A DNA stretch of 64,000 nt from an uncultured Gammaproteobacteria bacterium (lineage in GTDB: Bacteria; Patescibacteriota; Patescibacteriia; Patescibacteriales; UBA12465). Numbering within the stretch: position 1 is the first letter of the stretch; every line of letters starts with the position of its first letter. The position numbers and the translations under genes were made by a program. Of the stretch, positions 47,574 through 57,701 are shown piece after piece. The notes below the pieces were generated by a model. The model ran no database searches. It was not told the origin of the DNA and saw only the letters and a program-made list of their open reading frames with translations. The stretch covers positions 451,102 through 515,101 of the forward strand of contig CAZTUJ010000001.1 in assembly GCA_964616855.1 (NCBI GenBank). The letters are read 5' to 3'.

Positions 47574-47596
47574 AAAAAGCCCCTAGAGGGGGCTTC
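47574..47596 (-). terminator. Probable terminator
   Basis: Minus strand AAGCCCC...GGGGCT followed by T-tract. Confidence 0.6.
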
Positions 47597-47606
47597 CCGC
47601 TGATAC

Positions 47607-48461
47607 TTAGCGGCGGCGACTAAAACGGCGCGGTTTTTCTGTTTGGGGGCGCTCCTTCTTTTCTGCTTGTTTTTTAGGGTCAACCTGAATAATTAAATCA
47701 CGTTCGCCTTCATGCTCAGCCGGAAAACGCACATCAACTGTCTGTTTTAAAAGATGATGGCCCACGACTGTACCAATTCTATTTTCTACTTTTATCTTCG
47801 TACCCAAAGGTGGTAATTCCGTAGCAAGATGTTTATAGCCCTCATATTCAAAGCTGAGACAACACATCAGACGTCCACACATTCCGGAAATACGGTCACT
47901 GCCCCGATGAACAACTTGCTGAGCCTCGGCCATTTCTGAAGTAATCGAGGAAAAATCATGAACAAAGCTGCGGCAACATAAGCCTAAACCACAGGGGCCA
48001 CAATCGCCACTACAGCGAGCTTCATCACGTGAACCAATCTGTAAAAGGCGGATATTGAGATTAAAAACACCATTAAGTTCTTTCACTAAATCCCGAAAAT
48101 CAATGCGACCATCCGCCACAAAAGCAAAGGTCAAACGACCACCGGCAAAAGCAAAACGGACATCAATCAGCTTCATCTGTAGATTATGGCGTTCAATTAA
48201 GGCCTGACAGGTATTTAAGGCGTGACGGCGGCGTTCCTCATCATAGACGACCTTGGCGTCATCGGTGGTCGCTAATCTGATTACTGCCTTTAATTCCTGA
48301 TCAGCGGGGGCGGAATCGCTGAAAGCAATAATCTTGCCTAATTCCCTACCTAACTCGGTATCAACAATGACAAAATCACCAACCGTAGCGCCTACTTCTT
48401 CGGCTAAAGAAAAGCTGTAGGTTTTATCCCAGGGAGAAAATTGTACTTGGACTATTTTCAT
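47607..48461 (-). CDS. PSP1/YaaT (RicT)-family protein
   Basis: RIDFRDLVKEL, IG.RDEA, CG..LCC, SG.CGRLMCCL. Confidence 0.9.
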   Translation of the reverse strand: MKIVQVQFSPWDKTYSFSLAEEVGATVGDFVIVDTELGRELGKIIAFSDSAPADQELKAVIRLATTDDAKVVYDEERRRHALNTCQALIERHNLQMKLIDVRFAFAGGRLTFAFVADGRIDFRDLVKELNGVFNLNIRLLQIGSRDEARCSGDCGPCGLGLCCRSFVHDFSSITSEMAEAQQVVHRGSDRISGMCGRLMCCLSFEYEGYKHLATELPPLGTKIKVENRIGTVVGHHLLKQTVDVRFPAEHEGERDLIIQVDPKKQAEKKERPQTEKPRRFSRRR

Positions 48462-48528
48462 AAAAAAGGCAAAGCCGCGTCAAACTGCAAAAAAGGCAGA
48501 TGCGCGGCTTAACCGATAACAAAATCAA

Positions 48529-49323
48529 TTAGAGAGCAAAGCGCAAGAAGCCGAGAATCTTGGCACCGCCAAGAATATCCTTAACTTTTTTCTTGTCGTC
48601 TTTGATAAATTCCTGTTCTAAGAGACAGACTTCGCTATAATACTTTAACATCTTGCCATCTAAAATCTTTTCTACCATTGCTTCCGGTTTACCTTCTTTC
48701 AAAAGCTGTTCACGATAGATTTCTCTTTCTTTGGCCATCTCTTCAGCAACGACTTCTGACGGATCTAAATATTTAGGATTGGCGGCAGCCACCTGCATAG
48801 CAATTTCGGCAGCTAATTCCGTCTGCCCAGACTGGTCTAAAGAAACTAAAACGCCCAACTTGCTACCTAAATGGGAATAGGCGGCTAAAGAAGAACCCTG
48901 TAAACGACCATAGCGACGGATTTCCATCTTTTCACCAATGGTACCGCTTAAGCTTGCCAGATTCTCCTGAACGCTGCCCTGAGCCATGCTTAGGGATAAC
49001 AAGGCCTCCAGGGTCTCGGGGCGAGCAGATAAAACTAAGGCCATCACCTCGTTAGCAAAATTCTGAAACTTTTCGTTACGAGAAACAAAATCGGTTTCTG
49101 AAGTTAATTCAAAGATATAGGCTTCAGTGCCGTCAGCACTAACTGCCACCTTAACCACGCCCTCATTGGTTTCGCGGTCGGTACGTTTAGCAGCCTTGGC
49201 AATGCCTTTTTTGCGCAAAATTTCTACCGCTAATTGCAAATCATTATTAGCCTCATCTAAGGCTTTTTTACAATCGACCATGCCCGCGCCGGTCATTTCT
49301 CTTAATTGCTTAATTAATTCCAT
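48529..49323 (-). CDS. tsf: Elongation factor Ts
   Basis: LRE.TGAGM.DCKKAL, ETDFV. Confidence 0.97.
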   Translation of the reverse strand: MELIKQLREMTGAGMVDCKKALDEANNDLQLAVEILRKKGIAKAAKRTDRETNEGVVKVAVSADGTEAYIFELTSETDFVSRNEKFQNFANEVMALVLSARPETLEALLSLSMAQGSVQENLASLSGTIGEKMEIRRYGRLQGSSLAAYSHLGSKLGVLVSLDQSGQTELAAEIAMQVAAANPKYLDPSEVVAEEMAKEREIYREQLLKEGKPEAMVEKILDGKMLKYYSEVCLLEQEFIKDDKKKVKDILGGAKILGFLRFAL

Positions 49324-49370
49324 ATTGATTTATACTGGCGGGAAACTAATTCCTCCTTCCCGCTAGCAAT

Positions 49371-50066
49371 TTAATTTTTTAAATCCTTTTTAGCATCGAT
49401 GATGGCCGACTGAATAACTTCAAGAATCAATTTTACCGTCTTAGTGGCATCATCGTTAGCCGGAATCGGATAGTTAGCTAATTCCGGATTAACATTAGTA
49501 TCGCAGATAGCGATGACCGGGATATTCTTCTTACGCGCTTCAGCTACAGCCGTTTCTTCTTCCTTGATGTCCCAGACAAAAACTGCATCCGGCATCTTAG
49601 TTAAAGCAGTCAAACCGCCAACACGTTCGGCCAAGCGTTTGATTTCACGATCAAAGTCTAAACGTTCTTTTTTAGTATATTTTTCTAACTTACCGCTATC
49701 CCGCTTTTCCATTAAATCCTGATATTTTTTCACGGATTTCTTGACCACGGTGAAGTTAGTCAGATAGCCGCCCAGCCATTTGCCGACGATATAGGGTTGG
49801 CCAGTCATTTCCGCCATCTTCTTCATCGGCGCTTTCACTTGACTCTTGGTGCCGACAAACAAAATTAATTTGCCTTCCCGCACTAACTGGGACATGAAAG
49901 TTAAAGCCTCTTCTAACATCTGGCGGCTTTTTTCCAAATCAATCACATAGATGCCGTTTTTGGCAGCAAAAATGTAAGGTTTCATTTTCGGGTGCCAACG
50001 ATGAGTACGATGGCCGAAATGCATACCCGCTTTCAACATTTCTTCTAAACTCGGTAATTTTACCAT
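49371..50066 (-). CDS. rpsB: 30S ribosomal protein S2
   Basis: AGMHFGH, W.GG.LTN, PANDD. Confidence 0.98.
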   Translation of the reverse strand: MVKLPSLEEMLKAGMHFGHRTHRWHPKMKPYIFAAKNGIYVIDLEKSRQMLEEALTFMSQLVREGKLILFVGTKSQVKAPMKKMAEMTGQPYIVGKWLGGYLTNFTVVKKSVKKYQDLMEKRDSGKLEKYTKKERLDFDREIKRLAERVGGLTALTKMPDAVFVWDIKEEETAVAEARKKNIPVIAICDTNVNPELANYPIPANDDATKTVKLILEVIQSAIIDAKKDLKN

Positions 50067-50227
50067 AGATTTTCTTTGTCCCCCGTATAAAAACGAGGCT
50101 TCCGCTCGCTAATTTATATCTTTTGTTTGATATAAACCAAGAAAAATTATGCCAGCGTGACGTGTTAAATTAATAAAAACTTTAATATAAAAAGAGGTGT
50201 ATCCAGAGGGAAAACCTCAACTCCCTA

Positions 50228-50256
50228 ATAATAGCCGAAAAAAAAATAGCTGTCAA
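50228..50256 (-). promoter_or_regulatory. sigma70 promoter of rpsB-tsf
   Basis: TTGACA-17-TATTAT. Confidence 0.7.
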
Positions 50257-50294
50257 GCTTAAATTTAAAAATTTATTACCTAATAATAAATAAA

Positions 50295-51776
50295 TTATTG
50301 CTGATAAAACTGCCGATAACGGGCATTAAAGGACTGAACGGCGACATTATAAGCCACGACCGCCTGCTCGTAATTAGTGGCTTGGACCTGGTAAGCCGCC
50401 ACCGCTTGATTATAAATAGGCACCTGCTGATTATAATTCTCATAGTCACCGCTGTTTTTATAGGCAAGTAAAGTGCTTTCTTGCTGTTTAAGCTGCTGAT
50501 AGGAAACATCCAGCGCCGCCTGCTGGACATCTAGTGCCACTTTTTTAGCATCTAAGTTTTGATGATCAGACTTAATGCCCGCCGCCTCCGCTTTAACAAT
50601 CGCTACCCCCTGATAAAGCTTACCCTGACTTTTTTGCTTAATCTCTAAACTCCCCAAACGATCAGCATTGAAGAGATTCTCAACATTGTCAGCACTATTG
50701 GCCGCTTGGCCGTTAGTTATAGTGGGTGGCACCACGCCAATTGGAAAATAATTGGTAGTTTCAATATAGCAATAGCCGGAACCAGCCAAAGAATCGGCGA
50801 GCGGACAAGCAATACCCGCGGCCGAATGATTACTTTCCGGGAAATCTAAAATGGCCGCCCCATAGCCCAAGCTCCGCAACCAGAGCACGGCCAAAAAAGT
50901 CTTATCCGCGCAAACACCTTTCTGTAAATACAAGGTTTCAAAGGGATAATAAGGAACATTATTGCCAGCCGCAATTTTTTCATGATCATAGGGCAAATAT
51001 TGAATAAAGGCCATGATAAAGGCGGCGGAATCATCAGCACTGAAAGCCGAATCGGCGGCTCGCCGCCGCAAAGTGGTAAGGATGCCATTAGTCTGGTTAT
51101 CATCACTTCTCAATTTTAAAAACAAACCATAAAAAGAATCGCGGATATCGGCTGGCTCCTGACCCTCATAGTAACTATAAACTTTAGGGCTTTGTTGATA
51201 GGACTGATAAAGACTAGCACTAAGATTGGCGCCCAAAGTATAATCTTTATTCTGATAACGCCAAGTATAATTTTTATTGGTTGCCGGCACAACTGGGGTC
51301 GGGCTCGGGGCTGGAGCGATGGTGGCCGCTGGAAGTAAGGACAAATTCTGATTACTAATACCGAGACCAAAGCGACGCATCAGCGCAAAAGCATCAGCCG
51401 GACGACCAAGATAATGTAAGCGGCCATCATCAGGATGGACATAATAAGCCTCGCCGGAGGCCTGCACTCGTAAAATAATTCTCCCCTTTAAATTTAAGGC
51501 TCCACTTTTAACAAAACGCTGATAGTCAGTTTCGTTTATGCCCAGACCTAATTGGCGCATGAGGGCGAACGCATCAGCCGGACGACCCAGATAATAACGC
51601 TTTAAATCAAGGGGGTTTACATACCAAGCCTCACCTTGGGCTTCTACCTGCAATAAAATCTTGCCCGACAAACGGGTCGCTAAAGATTCAGCCTGAACAA
51701 AAGAAAAAGGCCAGAGAGACACAAGGATTCCCGTAAGCAGATAGAAAGTGATAAAACGCTGGCGCTGAAAAAACAT
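50295..51776 (-). CDS. Exported protein: two N-terminal repeats, transglutaminase-like domain, C-terminal coiled coil
   Basis: 'I.L.V...GEA.YV.P.D....YLGRPADAFALMR..GLGI' x2; GVCADKT / NHSAAG / YIETT. Start may be 51776 or 51788. Confidence 0.75.
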   Translation of the reverse strand: MFFQRQRFITFYLLTGILVSLWPFSFVQAESLATRLSGKILLQVEAQGEAWYVNPLDLKRYYLGRPADAFALMRQLGLGINETDYQRFVKSGALNLKGRIILRVQASGEAYYVHPDDGRLHYLGRPADAFALMRRFGLGISNQNLSLLPAATIAPAPSPTPVVPATNKNYTWRYQNKDYTLGANLSASLYQSYQQSPKVYSYYEGQEPADIRDSFYGLFLKLRSDDNQTNGILTTLRRRAADSAFSADDSAAFIMAFIQYLPYDHEKIAAGNNVPYYPFETLYLQKGVCADKTFLAVLWLRSLGYGAAILDFPESNHSAAGIACPLADSLAGSGYCYIETTNYFPIGVVPPTITNGQAANSADNVENLFNADRLGSLEIKQKSQGKLYQGVAIVKAEAAGIKSDHQNLDAKKVALDVQQAALDVSYQQLKQQESTLLAYKNSGDYENYNQQVPIYNQAVAAYQVQATNYEQAVVAYNVAVQSFNARYRQFYQQ

Positions 51777-51780
51777 AGAA

Positions 51781-52452
51781 CTATTCAACTAAAGTAATAA
51801 AAATATCTTCAAGAGGGGGGTTAGGCAAATGATTAACATCATTGATAAAACCAATTTTGACATAACCATCACCATCAATCACCAACTTACTAATTGAAGC
51901 TTGATAAATTTCTAAAGATAAAAAACCTAAAACATCGGCGTTAATGATGCCAGTTAAAAAAGTTTTAATAATGTTGCCGTGACAGAATAAAGCAATACTT
52001 TTACCACGATGCTGAGCAAAAATATCCGCTAAAAAGCGGCGCGTCTGGGCCTGTTTTTTATCTAGCTGGCGATCAAGCTCACGATATCCCGGTAAATACT
52101 GTCTCCGTCTTTCCTCAGAGGTCCGGAAATAGCGTACCCGATACCAATCCTTCCAATCAATTTCATCTAGACGCTCATCTACCTTTACTTTCAAACGAGG
52201 AAGATTGGCAAACACAGCGGCCGTTTCCTGCGCCCGCGCCAAGGAGCTGGCGTAGACAATATCAGGAGATAGGGCCTGAAGACGTTTCGCTAAAAATTTA
52301 GCCTGCCTCTTCCCTTCGGCTGATAAAGGCATCAAACAATCACCCAATTTTTTTTCTAGGCGATAATCAGGATTAGCATGACGGATAAGATAGACAACCG
52401 TGTAAGGCTTCCGCGTTTTCGGTTGAAGACGGGAATAGGGATTTTTTTTCAT
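51781..52452 (-). CDS. Histidine phosphatase (phosphoglycerate mutase-like) family protein
   Basis: LIRHA, SS..RA.ETA, L.E, CHG. Confidence 0.85.
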   Translation of the reverse strand: MKKNPYSRLQPKTRKPYTVVYLIRHANPDYRLEKKLGDCLMPLSAEGKRQAKFLAKRLQALSPDIVYASSLARAQETAAVFANLPRLKVKVDERLDEIDWKDWYRVRYFRTSEERRRQYLPGYRELDRQLDKKQAQTRRFLADIFAQHRGKSIALFCHGNIIKTFLTGIINADVLGFLSLEIYQASISKLVIDGDGYVKIGFINDVNHLPNPPLEDIFITLVE

Positions 52453-52459
52453 AATGATT

Positions 52460-53056
52460 TTAGAGACCAGCGTTTTTAGCCGCAAACTGCCAATTCAAGA
52501 TATTTGCCAAAACTGCAGCCACGAAATCAGCTCGGCGATTTTGGTAGTCTAAATAATAAGAATGTTCCCAAACATCTAAAGCCAACAAGGGGGTAACGCC
52601 ATGTAAAAAAGCCGTATCGGCATTGGCGGTTTTCATAATCTTTAATTTTCCTTCTGCCAACACTAGCCAGGCCCAACCGCTACCAAACTGACTCAAGGCC
52701 ACTGCCTTAAATTCCTCCAACATTTTTTCAAGGGAGCTAAAGTCACGTTCAATTAAAGACATCAACGCTGCGGGAATTGCCATCGGCTCCAGTGCTGGGC
52801 GCAAACTCTGCCAAAAAATATCATGATTATGAACTTGAGCGGCATTATTAAAGATGGCTGCCATTTCCGCCTGATTAGCACTCGCCTTAATTATTTCTTC
52901 TAAAGACCGCTCAGCCAAGTCAGTCTCAGCTATTAATTTATTAAGATTATCGATGTAAGTCTGATGATGCTTGCCGTGGTGGAACTCCAGCGTACGGGCA
53001 GAAATATGCGGCTCTAAGGCTTCAATTTTATAAGGTAATGGTTTTAAAGAAAACAT
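52460..53056 (-). CDS. sodB: Fe/Mn superoxide dismutase, Fe-type signature
   Basis: HHGKHH, FNNAAQ..NH, DVWEHSYY. Confidence 0.92.
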   Translation of the reverse strand: MFSLKPLPYKIEALEPHISARTLEFHHGKHHQTYIDNLNKLIAETDLAERSLEEIIKASANQAEMAAIFNNAAQVHNHDIFWQSLRPALEPMAIPAALMSLIERDFSSLEKMLEEFKAVALSQFGSGWAWLVLAEGKLKIMKTANADTAFLHGVTPLLALDVWEHSYYLDYQNRRADFVAAVLANILNWQFAAKNAGL

Positions 53057-53192
53057 ATTTTTAATAAAAATTAATTATAAAGTTGCTTTTATTATAACAA
53101 AAAAATAACAATCCGCCTAATACCTAAAAAATAGGCTTTTTAGCAATATTTTTATTTAATATTAGTATAATTAAACTAAAATTAGGCTATTA

Positions 53193-53221
53193 TTGACATA
53201 AACAAAATAATATGACACAAT
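53193..53221 (+). promoter_or_regulatory. sigma70 promoter
   Basis: TTGACA-17-CACAAT with upstream TG. Confidence 0.55.
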
Positions 53222-53261
53222 AGTAGCACCTAGTTAATTAAAAACAGCAAAAAAAAGGACC

Positions 53262-54173
53262 ATGGAAACCGTGATAAAATTTTATCCTGGCGAAGCCAGC
53301 AATGTCTTCGCCTTAGCCGCTGCTTTAAAAGCGGGCTATAAAATTATTCCGGTTCCATCAATGATGGAAATCTGGTCCGGCGAAGTAGAAAAAAGTTTTT
53401 CCGAAAAAACAAACAATTCGGAAGAAATTCTTCTCTTAGATATTTATGCGGATAATCCCAATTTTCCGGATTTAGATATTTATCTAAAGATGCAAGGACC
53501 AAAAATCAAGGGCATAACTAATACCCAAGATCTCCAAAGCATGAGCCTCAGCTCCACAAAATACCAAGGAATTTATAGATTCCTTAATTATTTTGCCGGA
53601 CAAATGGCTGCTGACGCCCGCGATTTAAGGCGAGAACAAACCTGGCTGCACAACAAAGTGGCTGAACGTTACGGACGTGCTCTCAGAGCCGCCACCATCA
53701 AAGCCTACAATACAGCTAACAAGTCATTCTATGGGCAAGCCCTAATAGATTGTGCTCTGGAAATTGCCAGTAAAAAAAGGAATTCCCAGGTCGATGACCT
53801 TGTTAACGGCTATTTAAAAGGCAAAAACGAAGACTTAGCAACCGCTAAAGCTAAATTTAGCACTAGTGGCCACCCCTTCGTTCTCCCCAGCAGAACCGTC
53901 GCCTTTGCCTATCTGGATAATATTTCCGGATGGCTAGACCTCTACACCCTTGGCCAAGAAATTCGCCGACTATATCCTTATCTCGCGATAATTCAATATC
54001 GCAAGAACAACAAAGAATATAATTGGATAATTTCTGACGGACAAGTAAATGTCCGCCAACTCCTCAACTTAGGGCACCTCGAAGGAGACGCCTATCAAGT
54101 ACTGATAAAATTGCCACACAAAGTGGCCACCAAAAAATTTAGTCGGGAAATTTCCGACTTGAACAACCGATAA
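53262..54173 (+). CDS. Orphan hypothetical protein
   Basis: 303-aa ORF opposite to its neighbours, with its own promoter and terminator. Confidence 0.75.
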   Translation: METVIKFYPGEASNVFALAAALKAGYKIIPVPSMMEIWSGEVEKSFSEKTNNSEEILLLDIYADNPNFPDLDIYLKMQGPKIKGITNTQDLQSMSLSSTKYQGIYRFLNYFAGQMAADARDLRREQTWLHNKVAERYGRALRAATIKAYNTANKSFYGQALIDCALEIASKKRNSQVDDLVNGYLKGKNEDLATAKAKFSTSGHPFVLPSRTVAFAYLDNISGWLDLYTLGQEIRRLYPYLAIIQYRKNNKEYNWIISDGQVNVRQLLNLGHLEGDAYQVLIKLPHKVATKKFSREISDLNNR

Positions 54174-54210
54174 GAAAACCGCTGTCTTCACAAGAAAAGC
54201 GGTTTTTTCT
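54174..54210. terminator. Bidirectional terminator
   Basis: AAAACCGCT...AGCGGTTTTTT. Confidence 0.7.
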
Positions 54211-54219
54211 TGGCTTTAT

Positions 54220-55230
54220 TTATTTTTTACGCTTGCCCGCCAGCTGCCCGCAGGCAGCAACGATTCCCCGTCCCTGGCTGTGGCGCTGAGTGACGGCCAC
54301 GCCCGCGGCTTCCAGCTTTTCCTTAAAAGCTTCAATCCTGGCCGGTGAAGAGGCTTGAAATTTACCCGTAGGATTATAGGGAATTAGATTGAGCAAATAT
54401 AAAGGTTTTTTCATTAAAGGAATTAAAGCCTCGGCATCATCCTCGCCGTCGTTAATATTGCGAATCATAATATATTCAAACATTACCCGCCGACCGGTCT
54501 TGCGGATATATTCATCGGCGGCCTTAAAGAGGCTGGCTAAAGGATACTTCTGCGCCACCGGCATTAATTGCTGACGCAAAGAATCAAAAGGAGCGTGCAG
54601 AGAAATGGCTAAATTAATCTGTAGTTTTTCTGAACCCAATTTTTTAATGCCCTCCACAATCCCGGCAGTGGAAACTGACATCCGTCGGGAGCCGAGATTA
54701 AACTTTTCCGGATCATGCAAAATTTTCACGGCTTTAATAAACTGCTCATAATTTAAAAAGGGCTCGCCCATACCCATAAAGACAACATTATCTATTTTCT
54801 CTCCCTGTGATTCCAACTTCAAACGTCTAGACCAGAAAATAAATTGCTGGACAATTTCCTCGGCACTCAAGTTACGGCTAAAACCACCTTCACCGGTAGC
54901 ACAAAAAACACAACCCAAAGGACAACCTGCCTGAGAAGAAAGGCAAATAGTGTGACGACCATCGCGATTACGCATCAACACTGTTTCCACGGAGACGCCA
55001 TCACTAAAAGTAATCAGGGCTTTTTCGCTATAAGCCGCGCCCGAATCCTGTAGTATTTCGGCTTTAATATCCAGCGGACAATCTTGATTTAAACGCTCCC
55101 GTAAAGACAAAGGCAAGACACTCGCCTGACTCCAGTTGCTAATCATATCTTGATACAGTGCTTGGTAGGCCTGGCGAAAACGAAACTTCGGCTCTGTCTG
55201 CAAAATGCCAGATAATTTAGATAAATCCAT
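54220..55230 (-). CDS. rlmN: Radical SAM rRNA/tRNA methyltransferase RlmN
   Basis: CLSSQAGC...C.FCATG, FMGMGEP, AACGQL. Confidence 0.95.
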   Translation of the reverse strand: MDLSKLSGILQTEPKFRFRQAYQALYQDMISNWSQASVLPLSLRERLNQDCPLDIKAEILQDSGAAYSEKALITFSDGVSVETVLMRNRDGRHTICLSSQAGCPLGCVFCATGEGGFSRNLSAEEIVQQFIFWSRRLKLESQGEKIDNVVFMGMGEPFLNYEQFIKAVKILHDPEKFNLGSRRMSVSTAGIVEGIKKLGSEKLQINLAISLHAPFDSLRQQLMPVAQKYPLASLFKAADEYIRKTGRRVMFEYIMIRNINDGEDDAEALIPLMKKPLYLLNLIPYNPTGKFQASSPARIEAFKEKLEAAGVAVTQRHSQGRGIVAACGQLAGKRKK

Positions 55231-55234
55231 ATAA

Positions 55235-56335
55235 TTAAGATTTTAATAGTTTTAAGACGACAATCTCTGAGCGACTGCCTAAACGTAAAGGTGGCCCCCA
55301 AGTACCGGCGCCAACAGTAACAGAAATAACGAAATTATGCAAACGATGGAGACCGCTACCAAAACCGCGATAGAGCAAATGGGCTAAAAGATTAAAGGGA
55401 AATAATTGGCCGCCATGAGTATGTCCTGATAGCTGCAAATTAATACCAGCGGTACGGGCGGCGCCAATGTCTTTAGGTTCGTGGTACATAAGAATGCTCG
55501 GCTTAGAAGAGTCATACCCGACTTGAGATAAAATTTTTCCTTTAACATCCAAACGCCCTTCGTAATAACAAGTTAGCCCTAAAATCTGTAAACCATTATT
55601 TTCCAGCATTTCATTATCCAAAATTTTAATATTAGAATCAGTCAACAAAGAACGCACCTTCCCCGCCCCCAAAATTAAATCATGATTACCAAAGGCATAG
55701 AATACACCTAAGGGCGCAAAAAATTTGCGATGACGGAACCAAGAAAAATCTCCATCCATGCCGTCGAAGAGATCGCCGGTTATAAAAATAGCATCCGCTC
55801 CTAAATTATTAACCTTTTGGACTAAGCCATCAAAAAAACGCTGGCGCCAAACCGGACCAAGATGGATATCGGAAATATGAATAATCTTCCGCCCAATCCA
55901 AAAATCAGGCAGATCTTGGATGGAAACGGAGCGATACCTAACTTTATGAGATTGAGCCCACCAGGCCTCTGGCAATAACAATAATAGTGGCAATAGACTA
56001 ATAATAAGAGTACGTCCGCCAGCTCCCCAAGATTCCAAAGAGTAGAGATTAGTAAAATCAAGCAGCCAAAAAAAGGCCGCCACCAGTGCCGTATTTAACA
56101 TTAAACCTAGCCAAAGACCGACAACCAAATAAAGAGAGCGGCTCAAAATATTATCATGCCAATGAACAAGCAGGGGTGCCAGCGCCGTTAAAAATACCCA
56201 GAAAAGAAGAATAATGGCCGCCGCTCCTTGCAGATAAACATCACTAAAGCCGAAGAAGTAACGCCAAATCAGAAACATTAAAAAATGCCCAGCCAAATCA
56301 ACAACAATATTTAAAACAAAGAAAACATATTTCAT
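55235..56335 (-). CDS. Membrane-bound metallophosphoesterase (YkuE/YaeI-like)
   Basis: SDIH, GDLFD, GNHD, HEP, SGHTHGGQ. Confidence 0.9.
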   Translation of the reverse strand: MKYVFFVLNIVVDLAGHFLMFLIWRYFFGFSDVYLQGAAAIILLFWVFLTALAPLLVHWHDNILSRSLYLVVGLWLGLMLNTALVAAFFWLLDFTNLYSLESWGAGGRTLIISLLPLLLLLPEAWWAQSHKVRYRSVSIQDLPDFWIGRKIIHISDIHLGPVWRQRFFDGLVQKVNNLGADAIFITGDLFDGMDGDFSWFRHRKFFAPLGVFYAFGNHDLILGAGKVRSLLTDSNIKILDNEMLENNGLQILGLTCYYEGRLDVKGKILSQVGYDSSKPSILMYHEPKDIGAARTAGINLQLSGHTHGGQLFPFNLLAHLLYRGFGSGLHRLHNFVISVTVGAGTWGPPLRLGSRSEIVVLKLLKS

Positions 56336-56345
56336 AGAGACTAAC

Positions 56346-56371
56346 AAGAGACGCCCTTGCGGGCGTCCTTT
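56346..56371 (-). terminator. Hairpin/weak terminator after eno
   Basis: GACGCCC-gcaa-GGGCGTC on minus strand, short T-tract. Confidence 0.5.
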
Positions 56372-56373
56372 GA

Positions 56374-57663
56374 TTATTTACCGGCAAAAGGGAAAGAATA
56401 ATATGTAGCCTGATCCCCTAATTCCGCGGCAATCGCTAATAAACGATTATATTTAGAAGTGCGTTCGCTCCGACAAGGAGCGCCCGTCTTAATCTGTCCT
56501 GTACCCATAGCCACGACGAAATCAGCAATAAAGGTATCTTCTGTTTCTCCACTACGGTGAGAAACCACGGCTGTCATCCCATTTTTTCGGGCCAGATCAA
56601 TAGCCGCCACAGTTTCCGTAATCGTACCAATTTGATTAAGTTTAATTAAAATAGAATTACTACTCTTTTCAGCAATTCCCCGCTCCAAACGGGTAACGTT
56701 AGTAACATAGAGATCATCACCAACAACCTGACACAAGGGGGAGAAGGCCGCGGTAAACTGTTGAAAGCCCGCCCAATCATCTTCAGCTAAAACGTCCTCA
56801 AAAGAAACTAAAGAATGACGAGCACTTAAATCCTGATAAAAAGCAATTAGCTCGCCGCTAGACAACTTCTTTCCTTCTTTTTTGAGATTATAAACACCAT
56901 CCTGATAAAACTCCGTAGCCGCCGCATCGATACCAAAAACAAGTTCTTCGCCCAGACCATAGCCAGCGGCCACTGCCGCTTCAGCTAATACCACGAAGGG
57001 CTCTTCATTATCCTTAAAGGCTGGAGCAAAACCGCCTTCATCGCCAACACTGATGGCATAATTTTTGGTCTTTAAAATCTTCTTCAAAGACTGATAGACC
57101 TCCGCACACATTCTCACGGCGCCAGCAAAACTTTTAGCACCCACCGGCATAATCATATATTCCTGAATATCAGTCGCCCAGTCAGCGTGTTTACCGCCGT
57201 TAAGAACATTCATCATCGGTACGGGTAATAAATATTTACCAGTAAACTCAGAATTAAATTTACTAAGATATTGATAAAGAGGCTGACCTAAGGAAGCGGC
57301 AGCGGCACGACTGCAAGCTAAAGAAACGGCCAAGATAGCGTTAGCACCAAGCTTTGATTTATTATCAGTGCCATCGAGCGTAATCATAGTGGCATCAATC
57401 TGTGCCTGATCGCTGGCATCCATCCCAATTAAAGCGGGAGCAATAATATCTTTAATATTAGAAAGGGCTTTTAAAACACCGGCACCATGATAGCGAGAGC
57501 TATCATCATCCCTTAACTCCACCGCTTCATAGCTACCAGTAGAAGCGCCCGAAGGAACAGCCGCCTCGCCCTTAAAACCGTTCTCTAAGGAAACACAGGC
57601 GGAAACAGTGGGGTTACCCCGGGAATCAAGGATTTCTAAAGCTTTAATGCTAACAATTTTCAT
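56374..57663 (-). CDS. eno: Enolase
   Basis: [35 protein letters not shown]. Confidence 0.98.
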   Translation of the reverse strand: MKIVSIKALEILDSRGNPTVSACVSLENGFKGEAAVPSGASTGSYEAVELRDDDSSRYHGAGVLKALSNIKDIIAPALIGMDASDQAQIDATMITLDGTDNKSKLGANAILAVSLACSRAAAASLGQPLYQYLSKFNSEFTGKYLLPVPMMNVLNGGKHADWATDIQEYMIMPVGAKSFAGAVRMCAEVYQSLKKILKTKNYAISVGDEGGFAPAFKDNEEPFVVLAEAAVAAGYGLGEELVFGIDAAATEFYQDGVYNLKKEGKKLSSGELIAFYQDLSARHSLVSFEDVLAEDDWAGFQQFTAAFSPLCQVVGDDLYVTNVTRLERGIAEKSSNSILIKLNQIGTITETVAAIDLARKNGMTAVVSHRSGETEDTFIADFVVAMGTGQIKTGAPCRSERTSKYNRLLAIAAELGDQATYYSFPFAGK

Positions 57664-57701
57664 ATAAATATAGATTTAAAAATTTATAAACTTGAGAGAA
57701 A

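Noticed and set aside
49335-49366. GGAGG in a hairpin loop upstream of tsf as a Shine-Dalgarno switch
   Set aside because: About 28 nt from the ATG, too far, and the genome seems not to use SD; likely an ordinary intercistronic hairpin.
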